Shown: positions 18,901 through 31,619 of the stretch, one piece after another
Layout of the letters: each line of letters starts with the position of its first letter
How positions within the stretch are numbered: the first letter of the stretch is position 1
Source of the DNA: Myxococcota bacterium
GTDB lineage: Bacteria; Myxococcota_A; UBA9042; PHBI01; JAWLBL01
Length of the DNA: 64,000 nt
Assembly: GCA_041687695.1 (NCBI GenBank)
Contig: JAWLBL010000016.1
Coordinates: 8,622-72,621 of the forward strand
Direction of reading: 5' to 3'
Notes under the pieces: model-generated
The model's input: the letters and a program-made list of their open reading frames with translations, nothing else
What the model was told of the DNA's origin: nothing
Databases searched by the model: none
Program-made: the position numbers and the translations under genes

Positions 18901-20021
18901 TGCCGGGCTCGAGCCGGCTGTGGGCCGCGGCCGATCGAGGGCGCGTGCTGACCTTCGACGGCACCTGGTGGGGGCTGCTGCAGACGCCGACGCAGGTCAC
19001 CCTCAGGGCCGTCTGGGCGCGGAGCGACGCCGAGGTCTACGTCGCCGGGGACCAGGGCACGCTGCTGCGCTGGGACGGCAGCCACTGGGAGCACGTCTCG
19101 CTGCCGCGCGAGCTGCGGGCCAACGCCTGGTGGGCGCTGGCCGGCACGGCCGACGACCTCTTCCTGACGGGCGAGGCCGGCGTGTGGCGCCTGTCGGGGG
19201 CCGAGCTGCTGCCCGTCCTGCCCAACACCGAACAGCGCGACCGGGGCGTGCGGGGCCTGTGGGCCAGCCCGGACGGCAGCGTGTGGATGGTCGGCCAGGA
19301 CGGGCTCATCCGCCGCTGGACCGCGCAAGGCCTCGAGATCATGGACGTCCCAGGGCGCACGCTGCACGCGATCTCGGGCGCCGGCCCCGACGACGTATGG
19401 GCGGTCGGTGAGGCCGGCCGCGTGGCTCACTGGGACGGCCAGCGCTGGTTCGACTACCTGCCGGTCACGCGGCGCCACCTGCGCGCCGTGCACGCTGCGG
19501 GCGCGGGCGCCGTGTGGGCCGCCGGAGACGCGGGCGCGGTGACGGCCTGGGACGGCGCGCGCTGGACCGTGCGGACCGAGATCGACCACGTGGATCTCTT
19601 CGGCGTGCGCGTGACGGGCGAAGGGCGCGTGCTGACCGGCGGCGTGCAGACCCTGGTCTTGACGCCGTTTCTGCGCATCCCGCGGCTGCTCGATCCGGCG
19701 CCGGGCGCCAGCGTCCACCCCGAGGTCCTGCGCTGGACCAACGGCGGCGGACACGACGGCTCCTACACCTACATGACCATGGCCGAGGTCAGCGGCTTCC
19801 CGTTCTGGACCTTCATGGTCGGCGCCGGGCGCACCGAGGTGCCGCTGCCCGACCTGAACGCGGCCTGGGGCCTGCAGCCCATCTGGCCGGGCACCGGCTG
19901 GGTGCGGTTCGTGCGGATCTACAAGCCCGAGGCCACCCTCGACGCCTTCGATCAGACGCAGCTGAACCAGTTCCAGTGGCGCTCGTGGGCCGTCAAGGAC
20001 TTCCAGGTCATGTGGAACTGA
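15978..20021 (+). CDS. Large lipoprotein with multiple IPT/TIG domains, a Cys-rich module and a C-terminal Trp-rich propeller-like region
   Basis: Signal MHRLPLGTVALAAILLAAC. At least six IPT-like units (ITSVxPxxGPxxGGxxVTLxGxGF). Cys cluster CRACNTDADCTGAGARC. C-terminal repeats VWAVGEAGRVAHWDGQRW and VWAAGDAGAVTAWDGARW. Confidence 0.7.
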   Translation: MHRLPLGTVALAAILLAACPELPRTVDRDVLVPDDADAFVPLALDRVYETSGEPTGGLRVSLFGQGFTPGAQVAFGDATATGVLVLDEGQINCNVPPHAPGLVDVTVRLHDGQEQTLRDAFLYRGPLALTSVDPTIDRVVGGAEVTVRGDHFDDATRVLIGGRLLEGMKRVDAQTITGRAPARLQGRGGWVEVIATNGFEQRVLDRAFRYVDALEVDWISPAAGSTEGGAVVTLYGAGLEPETVVSIGGVVAETVAPGRGNAITVRAAPGEPGAADIVIDNGQQTLQLSDAFHYGAPQEGELVLGHAWPREVATTGATQVSLAVYGLPAEAPAQGLQVTVGNAPATILQVEASEHLVVVAVPEGAEGPATLTVSRDGQTTSRSDLLTYVTPLTATSVSPQHGPAAGGNEITLTGSGFGAGTEVRFGGALAKEVEVESATRLTVKVPRGVPGKVDVRVTRGGKATTLRGGYGYRDGEPTLLAVAPPVGAQSGGRIVRLHGSGFLLSDAPEVTFGRAAAAGVEVVDDATIRVRAPRGELGAVNVRTDAGGLMAMSYGYYDPTAHYGGTSGGPIPEAINVTVLSAASREPVEEAFVIFWDDIGTPFQGVTDDRGQITFSTEGFGPPAMITAGKDEYTTASTVDFDARDVTLFLIHLRPSSPGGGGGGGGPTPLPQGRVAGQVSGLDKYIVLPPGQCDNKPLGAPGSLCRACNTDADCTGAGARCIALGEQGSRCTTACTTDSDCPGGYSCVGVGFGAVQCVPSPGKRTAWCGTTAPDIFSETAIQPVGTFADELKLFEFTTPPGERAIVCLGGYQEEGQAFVPLMMGVRRHVFAQPGDLVAQQDVKLDIPLTRTLRVRLDDAPLGEGEANVHEVDVFLDLGSDGVFHMPSRGQGVDVNEFELKRFPERFDESLYDATYTLYASARTQAAIDQMSGEGSFVMLTEVTEVDDDTLFEVLPQGAKHTQTGIDVAVHAMHGVPGSSRLWAAADRGRVLTFDGTWWGLLQTPTQVTLRAVWARSDAEVYVAGDQGTLLRWDGSHWEHVSLPRELRANAWWALAGTADDLFLTGEAGVWRLSGAELLPVLPNTEQRDRGVRGLWASPDGSVWMVGQDGLIRRWTAQGLEIMDVPGRTLHAISGAGPDDVWAVGEAGRVAHWDGQRWFDYLPVTRRHLRAVHAAGAGAVWAAGDAGAVTAWDGARWTVRTEIDHVDLFGVRVTGEGRVLTGGVQTLVLTPFLRIPRLLDPAPGASVHPEVLRWTNGGGHDGSYTYMTMAEVSGFPFWTFMVGAGRTEVPLPDLNAAWGLQPIWPGTGWVRFVRIYKPEATLDAFDQTQLNQFQWRSWAVKDFQVMWN

Positions 20022-20045
20022 GCCGGGGGGCGGCGCGGCGCCGCC

Positions 20046-21329
20046 TCAGCGGTTCCAGGGCTTGTTCGGCACCGTGGGCACGTCCGTGCGCGTGACGCCG
20101 TCGTGGTCGCGATCGGCGGCGGCGGCGGCGCGCTGCTCGGGGTCCTCGGGCACGTAGTAGGCCCGCTCGCGCTTGGCCTGGGGCGGCTCGGGTGCGGGCT
20201 GCGGGTGGCCCGCGGGCGCTTCCGGCACGTAGTAGGCGCGCTCGCGTCGCAGCTTCTCGATGGCCTCGTCGCGCGAGATCATCAGCGTGTGGCCGTCGGC
20301 GCGCTTGCCGGCCGCTTCGGGGGCGGAGGCGGCCGCGGGGGCGACGCGCGGGATCCGGTCGGTCTCGACCAGCTGCTCGGGGTCGCGGCCGGGGGCCGGC
20401 CGGGGGGCGGGCCGGGGGACCGGGGCGCCGGCGCCGCGGATGCGGGCGTGGACCTCGGGCGGCGCGACGAGCATCGGGACCAGGGCCGTCTCGAGCTCGT
20501 GCTCGTCGGCGGTGAGGCGGCGGCGGCCGGCGGGCGGGGCGGCGGTGATCACCGGGCCCGACGCGGCGGGCGGCGCGGCGGCGGGCAGGGTGCTGGGCGC
20601 GTGGATCGCTGCGGCGGCCTGGGCTCGGGGCGGCGCGGCCGGCGCGTCGAGGGAGGGCGCCTCGGGCGGAGGGAGCAGGGCGGCGTCGAGGCCCGGGAGG
20701 GCCCGGCGCTCGAAGAGGCGGACGACGAAGTGGGTGGCGCCGGCCCGCAGCTGGTCGCCGTCGCGCAGGCGGACGCGGTGGGCGACCGGGCGGCCGCTGA
20801 GCGCGAGCGGGTGCTCGGGCCCCTGCGGGACCACGAAGACGTTGCCGGCCCCGAAGTTCTCGACCGTCAGGTGAGGGGCGCCCAGGCGCGGGTCGGGGAC
20901 CAGGAGGTCGGCGCCTGCCTGGCCGATGCGCAGCACGGGCCGGTCGAGCAAGGCGAACCAGTGGGCTGCGCCGTCGGTGCGGATGCCGAGCTGCAAGAGG
21001 GTGTCGGAGCGCGCCCCGACCTGGACGTAGGTCAGGTGGATGCCGGCCACGTCGACCACGTCGCCGTTGCGCAGCGGCTGCGAGCCGACGATCGCGACGC
21101 CGTCGACGTAGACCGGGGCGGCGCCCGCGCGCGAGATCGCGAACTCGGCCCCGTTGAAGTACAGGAGCGCGTGTTGCGCCGCCACGCGGGCGTCGCGGAT
21201 GACGACGTCGCAGTCGGCGGCCCGGCCGAGGCGCATCCGGGCGTGGGTCAGGTGGACGCGCCAGACCTGGTCGGCCTCTTCGAGCAGCAGGTAGGCTTCG
21301 GGCATGCCGGCGGGTGCGTGGGGTGACAT
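20046..21329 (-). CDS. Protein with two FHA domains
   Basis: Two FHA-like segments, RLGRAADCDVVIRDARVAAQHALLYFNG...NGDVVDVAGIHLTY and LRIGQAGADLLVPDPRLGAPHLTV...DGDQLRAGATHFVV, followed by a Pro/Ala-rich tail. Confidence 0.7.
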   Translation of the reverse strand: MSPHAPAGMPEAYLLLEEADQVWRVHLTHARMRLGRAADCDVVIRDARVAAQHALLYFNGAEFAISRAGAAPVYVDGVAIVGSQPLRNGDVVDVAGIHLTYVQVGARSDTLLQLGIRTDGAAHWFALLDRPVLRIGQAGADLLVPDPRLGAPHLTVENFGAGNVFVVPQGPEHPLALSGRPVAHRVRLRDGDQLRAGATHFVVRLFERRALPGLDAALLPPPEAPSLDAPAAPPRAQAAAAIHAPSTLPAAAPPAASGPVITAAPPAGRRRLTADEHELETALVPMLVAPPEVHARIRGAGAPVPRPAPRPAPGRDPEQLVETDRIPRVAPAAASAPEAAGKRADGHTLMISRDEAIEKLRRERAYYVPEAPAGHPQPAPEPPQAKRERAYYVPEDPEQRAAAAADRDHDGVTRTDVPTVPNKPWNR

Positions 21330-21451
21330 GGCCGCACGATACCGCGACGCCGCCGCGGCGCGCTACGGCACCCGGGAGCCCTCGCGGGGGATGCTTGTCA
21401 CCCGGTGGGCCGCGCGTGGCGGTTCCGCGCGCGTCTGGTATGCTCCCGCCG

Positions 21452-23698
21452 ATGACTCGCACCCTGACGATCGCGCTCGTCGCCCTGGTGATCGCGCTGA
21501 GCCTGGCGACCACGGCCGCCGCCGCGCCCCCCAAGCCGTCCGAGAGCCCGGTCCGGACGCTGCCCCTGGCGAAGAAGGTGCTGAGCGACGGCGCGCTGAC
21601 GGGCGCGACCACGCCCGAGCTGCTGTCGTACGTCGACGCGGCCCTGCGGCGGATGCTGATCTCCGAACACGAGGCCGCCCTGGAGACGGCGCAGGATCTG
21701 CACAACCTGGTGGTCCTGGCCAGCGCGGTGACCCTGCTGCAGGAGCGCGGCGAGTCGTCGCCCCAGCTGCGCCTGCAGGCCGCGCAGGTGGCCTACCTGC
21801 TGCACGCGGCTGGCGCCAACTACCTGACCAACCCCGCGGCGCGGGCGGCCATCGACGGCATGGTCGAGGTCGCGCCCGACGCCGCGACGCGCGAGCTGTT
21901 CGAGGCGCTGGTCGAGAGCATGGGCCAGCTCCAGGCGGTCGGGCGGACGTGGTTCCCCAACGCGCTGCACGCCGCGCTCTCCGACGCCCCCAAGCAGCCG
22001 ATGCTGCACGGCCTGCGCGGGCTGTGGCTGGCGCGCGAGCGGCGCTACGACGACGCGGTGGCCGCGCTGCGGACCGCGATCGAGCAGGCGCCGCGGGTGC
22101 AGTACGCCTATCAGCTGTTCCTGACCCTGACCGAGGCGGGGCAGCTGCAGGCCGCGGCCGAGCTCTCCGGCGACATCCGCAAGGCCGCGCCGGGGCTCGA
22201 CGGGCTGATGCGGCAGGCGCTGCGCGCGCGAGAGGACCGCGAGGCGACGGTGGCCTTCGAGAAGGCGGCGGGCAAGGCGACCGCGGCCACCCTCATCGAG
22301 CAGCTGGCGCGCTACATGCGGCTGCGGCGGCACGAGGCCGCGGAGGTCCTGGTCAAGGAGCTGATCGAGGAGCACGGGCGCGAGCCGGGGGCCCTGGAGG
22401 CCGCGGCCGAGGCGCTGTTCACCTGGCGACGCTACGATCGCTTGCAGCTGGTGCTCGAGGAGGCCGAGCAGGCGGGGCCGCTGAGCGTGCGGCTGCTCGA
22501 GGCGCGCATGGCGGCGGCGGCGGACGCGCGCATGGACGCGCTGCGTGGTGGGCCGGGGCACGCGCTGGGTCGCGGGGACCTCGAGGCGGATCTGGTGCGC
22601 TACGGCGCGCTGAGGGGCGAGGAGGGACGCTTCGTCGCGGACTCCATCCGGTTGTTCCTGCTGGCGGGGGAGGCCATGGTGGCCCGCGCCAAGGGCGCCA
22701 AGGTGTCCAAGGAGCTCATCGCGCGGACGCGCAAGCTCATCGAGGCGGGGTTCGCGGCGCGGGCCGGGTCGGGGGACATGCTGCGGCTGGCGCTCGGGGC
22801 GACGGTGGCGCTCGAGGGGGCGGACGCGTCGATGGAGCTGGCCCGCAAGCGCCTGAACGAGCTGCCCGAGGGCGAGCGCGAGGCCGTCGCGCTGCTGCTC
22901 GCGCGCATCGAGACCGGATACGGCGTGCGGCGCCGGGACGTGAAGCTGCTGGAGACCGCTTGGAAGCGGCTCGAGGGGCTGCGACGCGGCGGGGTGCTGG
23001 CCAAGGGGCCGGCGGGGCCGCTGCTGCAGCTGGCCTGGGTGAACGCGAAGGTGGCCCGGGCGACGCTGCGCGGGCCCGACGAGGTCAAGCGGGTCGCGGG
23101 CGAGGTGCTGCCGGAGCTGCTGAAGCTGACCGACGTCTTCGACGAGAGCGAGGAGGAGGGGCGGCTGCTCGCGCAGGCGGTGTCGAACGGGGTCGGCGCC
23201 CTGGCGTTCGTGCTGGGGCAGAACGATCTCGCGCGCGAGGCGTTGACGCGGTCGCGGCGGCTCGACGCGGCGCCGGGGCTGGCGCGGCTGGCGGCGGCGC
23301 AGTCGGTGCTGCTCGGCGGCGACGCGGCCGGGGCGCACGGGCTGATGCAGGACGCGCTGCCGCTGGCCGAGCGGCCCGAGCTGACCTTCGCCTTTCGCAA
23401 GTGGCTGGCGTTGGCGGCCAATCAGGCGGGCAGCGCGCACGTGGCGGCCGAGCACATGCGCGAGATGCTGGCGCTGTGGCCGGACGCCGGGATCGCGGAC
23501 GTGGTGGGCGGCGCGAGTGTGGCGCCGCTGTTCTTCGGCGACTACAACGTGCACGTCCTGCTCGAGGCGGGGCGGCCGATGCGGACGGTCATCGAGACGA
23601 TGCCGATCGTGACGTTCGTGCCCGACTTCCCGCACGACCGGGTGGAAGTGCGGACGCTGGTGGAGCGTTTCGGGTCGGCCGAGCGTGGCGTGAAGTAG
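21452..23698 (+). CDS. Secreted alpha-helical repeat protein, hypothetical
   Basis: Signal peptide MTRTLTIALVALVIALSLATTAAAA. The 749-aa ORF has high GC3 throughout and Ala/Leu/Arg-rich helical-repeat character. Confidence 0.6.
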   Translation: MTRTLTIALVALVIALSLATTAAAAPPKPSESPVRTLPLAKKVLSDGALTGATTPELLSYVDAALRRMLISEHEAALETAQDLHNLVVLASAVTLLQERGESSPQLRLQAAQVAYLLHAAGANYLTNPAARAAIDGMVEVAPDAATRELFEALVESMGQLQAVGRTWFPNALHAALSDAPKQPMLHGLRGLWLARERRYDDAVAALRTAIEQAPRVQYAYQLFLTLTEAGQLQAAAELSGDIRKAAPGLDGLMRQALRAREDREATVAFEKAAGKATAATLIEQLARYMRLRRHEAAEVLVKELIEEHGREPGALEAAAEALFTWRRYDRLQLVLEEAEQAGPLSVRLLEARMAAAADARMDALRGGPGHALGRGDLEADLVRYGALRGEEGRFVADSIRLFLLAGEAMVARAKGAKVSKELIARTRKLIEAGFAARAGSGDMLRLALGATVALEGADASMELARKRLNELPEGEREAVALLLARIETGYGVRRRDVKLLETAWKRLEGLRRGGVLAKGPAGPLLQLAWVNAKVARATLRGPDEVKRVAGEVLPELLKLTDVFDESEEEGRLLAQAVSNGVGALAFVLGQNDLAREALTRSRRLDAAPGLARLAAAQSVLLGGDAAGAHGLMQDALPLAERPELTFAFRKWLALAANQAGSAHVAAEHMREMLALWPDAGIADVVGGASVAPLFFGDYNVHVLLEAGRPMRTVIETMPIVTFVPDFPHDRVEVRTLVERFGSAERGVK

Positions 23699-23727
23699 AG
23701 GGTGATGGTGGTGGAGGCGAGCGGCGG

Positions 23728-24240
23728 ATGAGTTGGCGTTGGATGGCGGCGGGAGTGCTGGGGCTGGGACTGACGGCGTGCGGGAAGGGGCCCGAGCCGA
23801 AGGCGGCGGCGCGGCCGGCGGCGGCGCCGGTGGTGCGTGAAGCCGCGGCGGGCGAGGGGCTCGAGCCCGGGTCGTCGCCGTTCGTGCCGGTCACGGCCGA
23901 GGAGGCGCCGACGGAGAAGCTGGGCGAGGGGACGTTGCCGGACGGGACGTTCACCGGGGCGCTGCGGGGCGACGGCGTCAGCGGCGAGGTCGAGCTGACG
24001 GTGGTCGGCGGAGTGCTGACCGCGGCCCGGGCGCAGCTCGACGGCGAGCCGGCGCTAGAGGTCGCGCTGGAGCCGTCGCGGCTGCCGGACGACACCGACC
24101 TGTTCCTGATGGGGCGCAAGGACGGCGAGATGGTGAGGGTCCGGGGACGGTTCGTCGAGGGGGAGCGCGCGGCGGGCGAGTTCGAGGCCACGGTGGGCCG
24201 CAAGGGGCTGTCGGGGCGATGGTACGCGGTCCGGCGGTAG
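23728..24240 (+). CDS. Lipoprotein, hypothetical
   Basis: MSWRWMAAGVLGLGLTACG lipobox with a good RBS. Sits in the operon between the secreted protein and the GNAT gene. Confidence 0.6.
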   Translation: MSWRWMAAGVLGLGLTACGKGPEPKAAARPAAAPVVREAAAGEGLEPGSSPFVPVTAEEAPTEKLGEGTLPDGTFTGALRGDGVSGEVELTVVGGVLTAARAQLDGEPALEVALEPSRLPDDTDLFLMGRKDGEMVRVRGRFVEGERAAGEFEATVGRKGLSGRWYAVRR

Positions 24241-24755
24241 TGGTGCGGGCCGCGCGTCTGGGCGAGGCGGCGGCGATCGGGCAGGTGCTGGTCGACGGGC
24301 TGCAGGACGCGCCCAGCGCCGAGTACGCGCCCGAGGAGGTGCCGTCTCGGGCGCTCGACGTCGGCAAGGAGCTGCTGGGTGAGGTGGACCTCGAGGCGGA
24401 TCGGCTGCTGCTGGTGGCCGAGGCCGGCGGGGCGATGGCGGCGCTGGCGCGGGTGGGGCCGCGTGACTTCGTGCGGTCGCGCCACATCGCGGACGTGCTG
24501 ATCGTGGTGCATCCGGCGGCGCGGGGGATCGGCGTCGGGCGCGCGCTGCTGCTGGGCGTGATGGATACGGCGCGGGCCACCGGGCGGCTGCGCAAGCTGG
24601 TGATGCGGGTCGCCGACGACGACGAGGCGCTCGTCCGGGTCGTCACGATCGCGGGCTGGGGGCTCGAGCGCGTCGAGCGGGGGGCGCTGCTGCGCGAGGA
24701 CGGCGAGCGGGACGTGCACGTCTACGCGTCGTGGCTCGGGTCGCTGGAGATTTGA
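24219..24755 (+). CDS. GNAT family N-acetyltransferase
   Basis: [25 protein letters not shown] is the GNAT acetyl-CoA motif A. The start may be the GTG at 24240 or 24243 rather than the ATG at 24219. Confidence 0.7.
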   Translation: MVRGPAVVVRAARLGEAAAIGQVLVDGLQDAPSAEYAPEEVPSRALDVGKELLGEVDLEADRLLLVAEAGGAMAALARVGPRDFVRSRHIADVLIVVHPAARGIGVGRALLLGVMDTARATGRLRKLVMRVADDDEALVRVVTIAGWGLERVERGALLREDGERDVHVYASWLGSLEI

Positions 24756-24876
24756 GTCGGCGCTTGTGCTAAGGTGCACGGCTCGTAGCCGACGCCGCAG
24801 CGCCCGACGGGTCGTCAGCTGCAGCACCCTAGGGTTGGGAGCCGCAGCGCCCTTCGGGTCGCCAGGGGACACGCGC

Positions 24877-26766
<1,890 letters not shown>

Positions 26767-26842
26767 CCTGGGCTGACCTTGGCATACGCTCGACGAAGGT
26801 GCCTGCGCTAGGAAAACGCGGTGGGTGGAGCGCTCGCCGATC

Positions 26843-28900
<2,058 letters not shown>

Positions 28901-29072
28901 CGCGGCGGCTCCGGAGGACACGACTGAGGGAGCCTCGACCATGGCACGGACGCGGAGGCGGTGACAAGGCGAGCCGGCGTCGAGGATTAACGGGGGCGAA
29001 ACGAGGTCGAAACATGGCGGGAGCACCGTCCCGGAGTGCGTCGTTGCCTTGGGCGCGCGTTTGGAGGTGGCT

Positions 29073-30386
29073 GTGGAGATCTCGGCGCTCGATACGGTGT
29101 GGGTTCTGGTCTGCGCGGTGCTGGTGTTCTTCATGAACACCGGGTTCGCCCTGTTGGAGTCGGGCTTCTGCAGGGCCAAGAACACGGTGAACATCCTGGC
29201 GAAGAACGTCATCGTCTTCGCCATCGCGTCGCTGACCTACTACCTCGTGGGCTTCGGGCTGATGTTCGGCGACGGGGGCGGGTTCATGGGCGGCACCGGC
29301 TTCGCGCCGGCCTTCGACGGCGGCGACGCGGTGAGCGCCGCGCCGGGCAACCTGCCGCTGGCGGCGTTCTTCTTCTTCCAGACGATGTTCGCGGCCACCG
29401 CGGCGACCATCGTCAGCGGCGCCGTCGCCGAGCGCATCAAGCTGCAGGCGTTCATGCTCTTCTCGGTGCCGCTCGTCGGCTTCGTCTACCCGGTCGTCGG
29501 GCACTGGGCCTGGGGCGGCGGGCTCCTCGCCGACACCGGCTTCCACGACTTCGCCGGCTCGACCGTCGTCCACTCGGTCGGCGGCTGGGCCGCCCTGGTC
29601 GGCGCCATCGTCCTGGGTCCCCGCATGGGCAAGTTCACCCGCGACGGCCGCGCCAAGGCCATCCCGGGGCACTCGATGGCCCTCGCCACCGCCGGCGCGC
29701 TCATCCTGTGGATGGGCTGGTTCGGCTTCAACCCTGGCTCGACCCTGGCCGCCGACCCGGGCGCCATCGCCCACATCATCCTGACGACCAACCTGGCCGC
29801 CGCCGCCGGCGCGGTCGTCGCCTGCCTGGTCGCCTGGAGCCGCCTGGGCAGCCCCGACCTGTCCATGATCTTGAACGGCGCCCTCGCCGGCCTGGTCGGC
29901 ATCACCGCCGGCTGCGACGTCGTCTCGCCCGTCGGCGCCCTGGCCATCGGCGCCCTCGCCGGCGCGCTGGTCGTCTTCGCCGTCCTCGGCTTCGACAAGG
30001 TGCGCGTCGACGACCCGGTCGGTGCCATCAGCGTCCACCTGGTCTGCGGCGCCGCCGGCACCGTCATGGTCGGCCTCTTCGCCGCCAAGGGAGACGACCT
30101 GGGCCTGCTCTACGGAGGCGGCGCGGCGCTGCTGCTCGCCCAGCTGAAGGGCGTCGCCCTGGTTGGCGCCTTCACGGTCGCCTGCTCCGCCGCCGGCTGG
30201 CTGGCCCTCAAGGCGCTGATGGGCGTCCGCGTCCCGGCCGAGGACGAGCACGTCGGCCTCGACCTCAGCGAGATGAAGATGGAGGCCTACCCGGCGGACC
30301 TCACCGCCGCCGGCGCCTCGACCCGTTCGGCCCTCGAGCGCGCGGAGGCCATCGAGCCCGCCGCCGCGACCTCCGAGGGCGCCTGA
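29073..30386 (+). CDS. amt: Ammonium transporter (Amt family)
   Basis: Amt signatures DTVWVLVCAVLVFFMNTGFALLESG, VHSVGGWAALVGAIVLGPR and MGWFGFNPGS with about 11 TM segments. Start chosen at GTG 29073 with GGAGG 5 nt upstream; the ORF track frame opens at TTG 29049. Confidence 0.85.
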   Translation: MEISALDTVWVLVCAVLVFFMNTGFALLESGFCRAKNTVNILAKNVIVFAIASLTYYLVGFGLMFGDGGGFMGGTGFAPAFDGGDAVSAAPGNLPLAAFFFFQTMFAATAATIVSGAVAERIKLQAFMLFSVPLVGFVYPVVGHWAWGGGLLADTGFHDFAGSTVVHSVGGWAALVGAIVLGPRMGKFTRDGRAKAIPGHSMALATAGALILWMGWFGFNPGSTLAADPGAIAHIILTTNLAAAAGAVVACLVAWSRLGSPDLSMILNGALAGLVGITAGCDVVSPVGALAIGALAGALVVFAVLGFDKVRVDDPVGAISVHLVCGAAGTVMVGLFAAKGDDLGLLYGGGAALLLAQLKGVALVGAFTVACSAAGWLALKALMGVRVPAEDEHVGLDLSEMKMEAYPADLTAAGASTRSALERAEAIEPAAATSEGA

Positions 30387-30413
30387 TCCCCTAGGAAGGG
30401 GAGGTTTTGGGGG

Positions 30414-30457
30414 GGAAACAGGTCGCTCGCGCTCGCGTCGGCCTGTTTCCATTTTTC
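30414..30457 (+). terminator. Rho-independent terminator after amt
   Basis: Stem GGAAACAGG ... CCTGTTTCC followed by ATTTTTCG. A smaller hairpin CCCCTaggaAGGGG with a GTTTTG run precedes it. Confidence 0.6.
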
Positions 30458-30498
30458 GCGAAGGCGGGTACAGACCTCGGGCCACCGAGGAGGTCACC

Positions 30499-30825
30499 AT
30501 GTCGGACCCGCGCATCGAGCGCTTCGCGACCCTGAAGCAGAAGTTCCCCGACAGCGAGATGCCCCGCTGGAGCCTGGCCACCGCCTACGAGGAGGCCGGC
30601 CGCCACCAGGAGGCCGCGGCCGAGTTCCGCGAGCTGGTCGGCCTCAAGCCGGACTACTGCGTGGCCTGGCTGCACATGGGCTCGTGCCTGCTCGAGCTCG
30701 AGCGCTACGACGAAGCCGTCGAGGCGCTCGAGGAGGCCAAGCGCCTGGCCGTCGCCCAGGGTCACATGGCCCCCAAGCAAGAGGCGGAGATGCTGCTCGA
30801 GCGCGCCCGCGAGGAGATGGACTGA
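30499..30825 (+). CDS. Small TPR-like protein, hypothetical
   Basis: 108 aa with a GGAGG RBS and high GC3. Helical pairs resemble TPR (AYEEAGRHQEAAAEFREL..., YDEAVEALEEAKRLA). Confidence 0.55.
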   Translation: MSDPRIERFATLKQKFPDSEMPRWSLATAYEEAGRHQEAAAEFRELVGLKPDYCVAWLHMGSCLLELERYDEAVEALEEAKRLAVAQGHMAPKQEAEMLLERAREEMD

Positions 30826-30902
30826 AGCCTCGCCGACGAGCCGGCCGCCATCGCCCCGGCCGCCCATTGCCAGCGGGGCGCTCGGCCGGTTAGCGTGCGC
30901 CC

Positions 30903-31619
30903 ATGGACGGGTTCCTCTCCGACATCCTGATGTTCCCGACCGTGGTCTACACCCTGCTGCTCGGTTTCGCGGTGGTGTACTGGACCCTGGTCGTCGTGGG
31001 CGGCGCCGACATCGACGCGATCGACGTCGGGGGCGGCTTGGACGGCGCCGTCGATGGCGCCATCGAAGGGGCGATCGAAGGCGCGGTCGAGGGCGCGGCC
31101 GAGGCCGCCGCGGACGGCGCGCTCGACGGGGCCGAGGGCGGGCTCGCCGGCGTGCTCTCGGCGCTGCGCCTGCGCAAGATCCCGGTGACCATCAGCCTGA
31201 CCGCGCTGTCGAGCTGGGGCTTCGTCCTCAGCTACGTCGGCATGGCCACGCTCTCGCCGCTGATCGGCACCGGCTGGCTGCCCAGCCTCGCCGTCGGCGC
31301 CGGCAGCCTCGTCGGCGGCGTCGCCATGACGTCGCTGACGCTGCGGCCCTTCGGCCGCTTCTTCGAGACCCACGCTGCGCGCAGCAAGCACCACCTCATC
31401 GGCCACGTCTGCACCATCAGCACCGGCAAGGTGGACGCCCGCTTCGGCCAGGCCAGCTGCGAAGACGGCGGCGCCGGGCTCATCCTCAGCGTCCGCTACG
31501 AGGGCGAGGGCCCCCTGACCCGCGGCCAGCAGGCCCTCATAGTCGACTACGACCCCGCCCGCGACGTCTTCCAGGTCGAGCCCATGGACCCCCTGCTCGA
31601 GGACCGCCGCGTTGGCTGA
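30903..31619 (+). CDS. Membrane protein, YqiJ/NfeD-like (N-terminal TM helices plus C-terminal OB-fold-like domain)
   Basis: Three TM segments and an acidic GA(V/I)DGA(I/V)EG linker. C-terminal HLIGHVCTISTGKVDARFGQASCEDGGAGLILSVRYEGEGPLTRGQQALIVDY resembles the NfeD/DUF1449 beta domain. Confidence 0.45.
   Translation: MDGFLSDILMFPTVVYTLLLGFAVVYWTLVVVGGADIDAIDVGGGLDGAVDGAIEGAIEGAVEGAAEAAADGALDGAEGGLAGVLSALRLRKIPVTISLTALSSWGFVLSYVGMATLSPLIGTGWLPSLAVGAGSLVGGVAMTSLTLRPFGRFFETHAARSKHHLIGHVCTISTGKVDARFGQASCEDGGAGLILSVRYEGEGPLTRGQQALIVDYDPARDVFQVEPMDPLLEDRRVG

Noticed and set aside
28930-29048. TGGCACG upstream of amt considered as a sigma54 -24 element.
   Set aside because: The required -12 TTGC(A/T) element is absent at the correct spacing (the sequence there is cggag).
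29049-29072. Longer Amt N-terminus starting at the ORF-track TTG (29049).
   Set aside because: An in-frame GTG at 29073 has a GGAGG 5 nt upstream and gives the conserved Amt N-terminus directly. The TTG start is possible but less likely.
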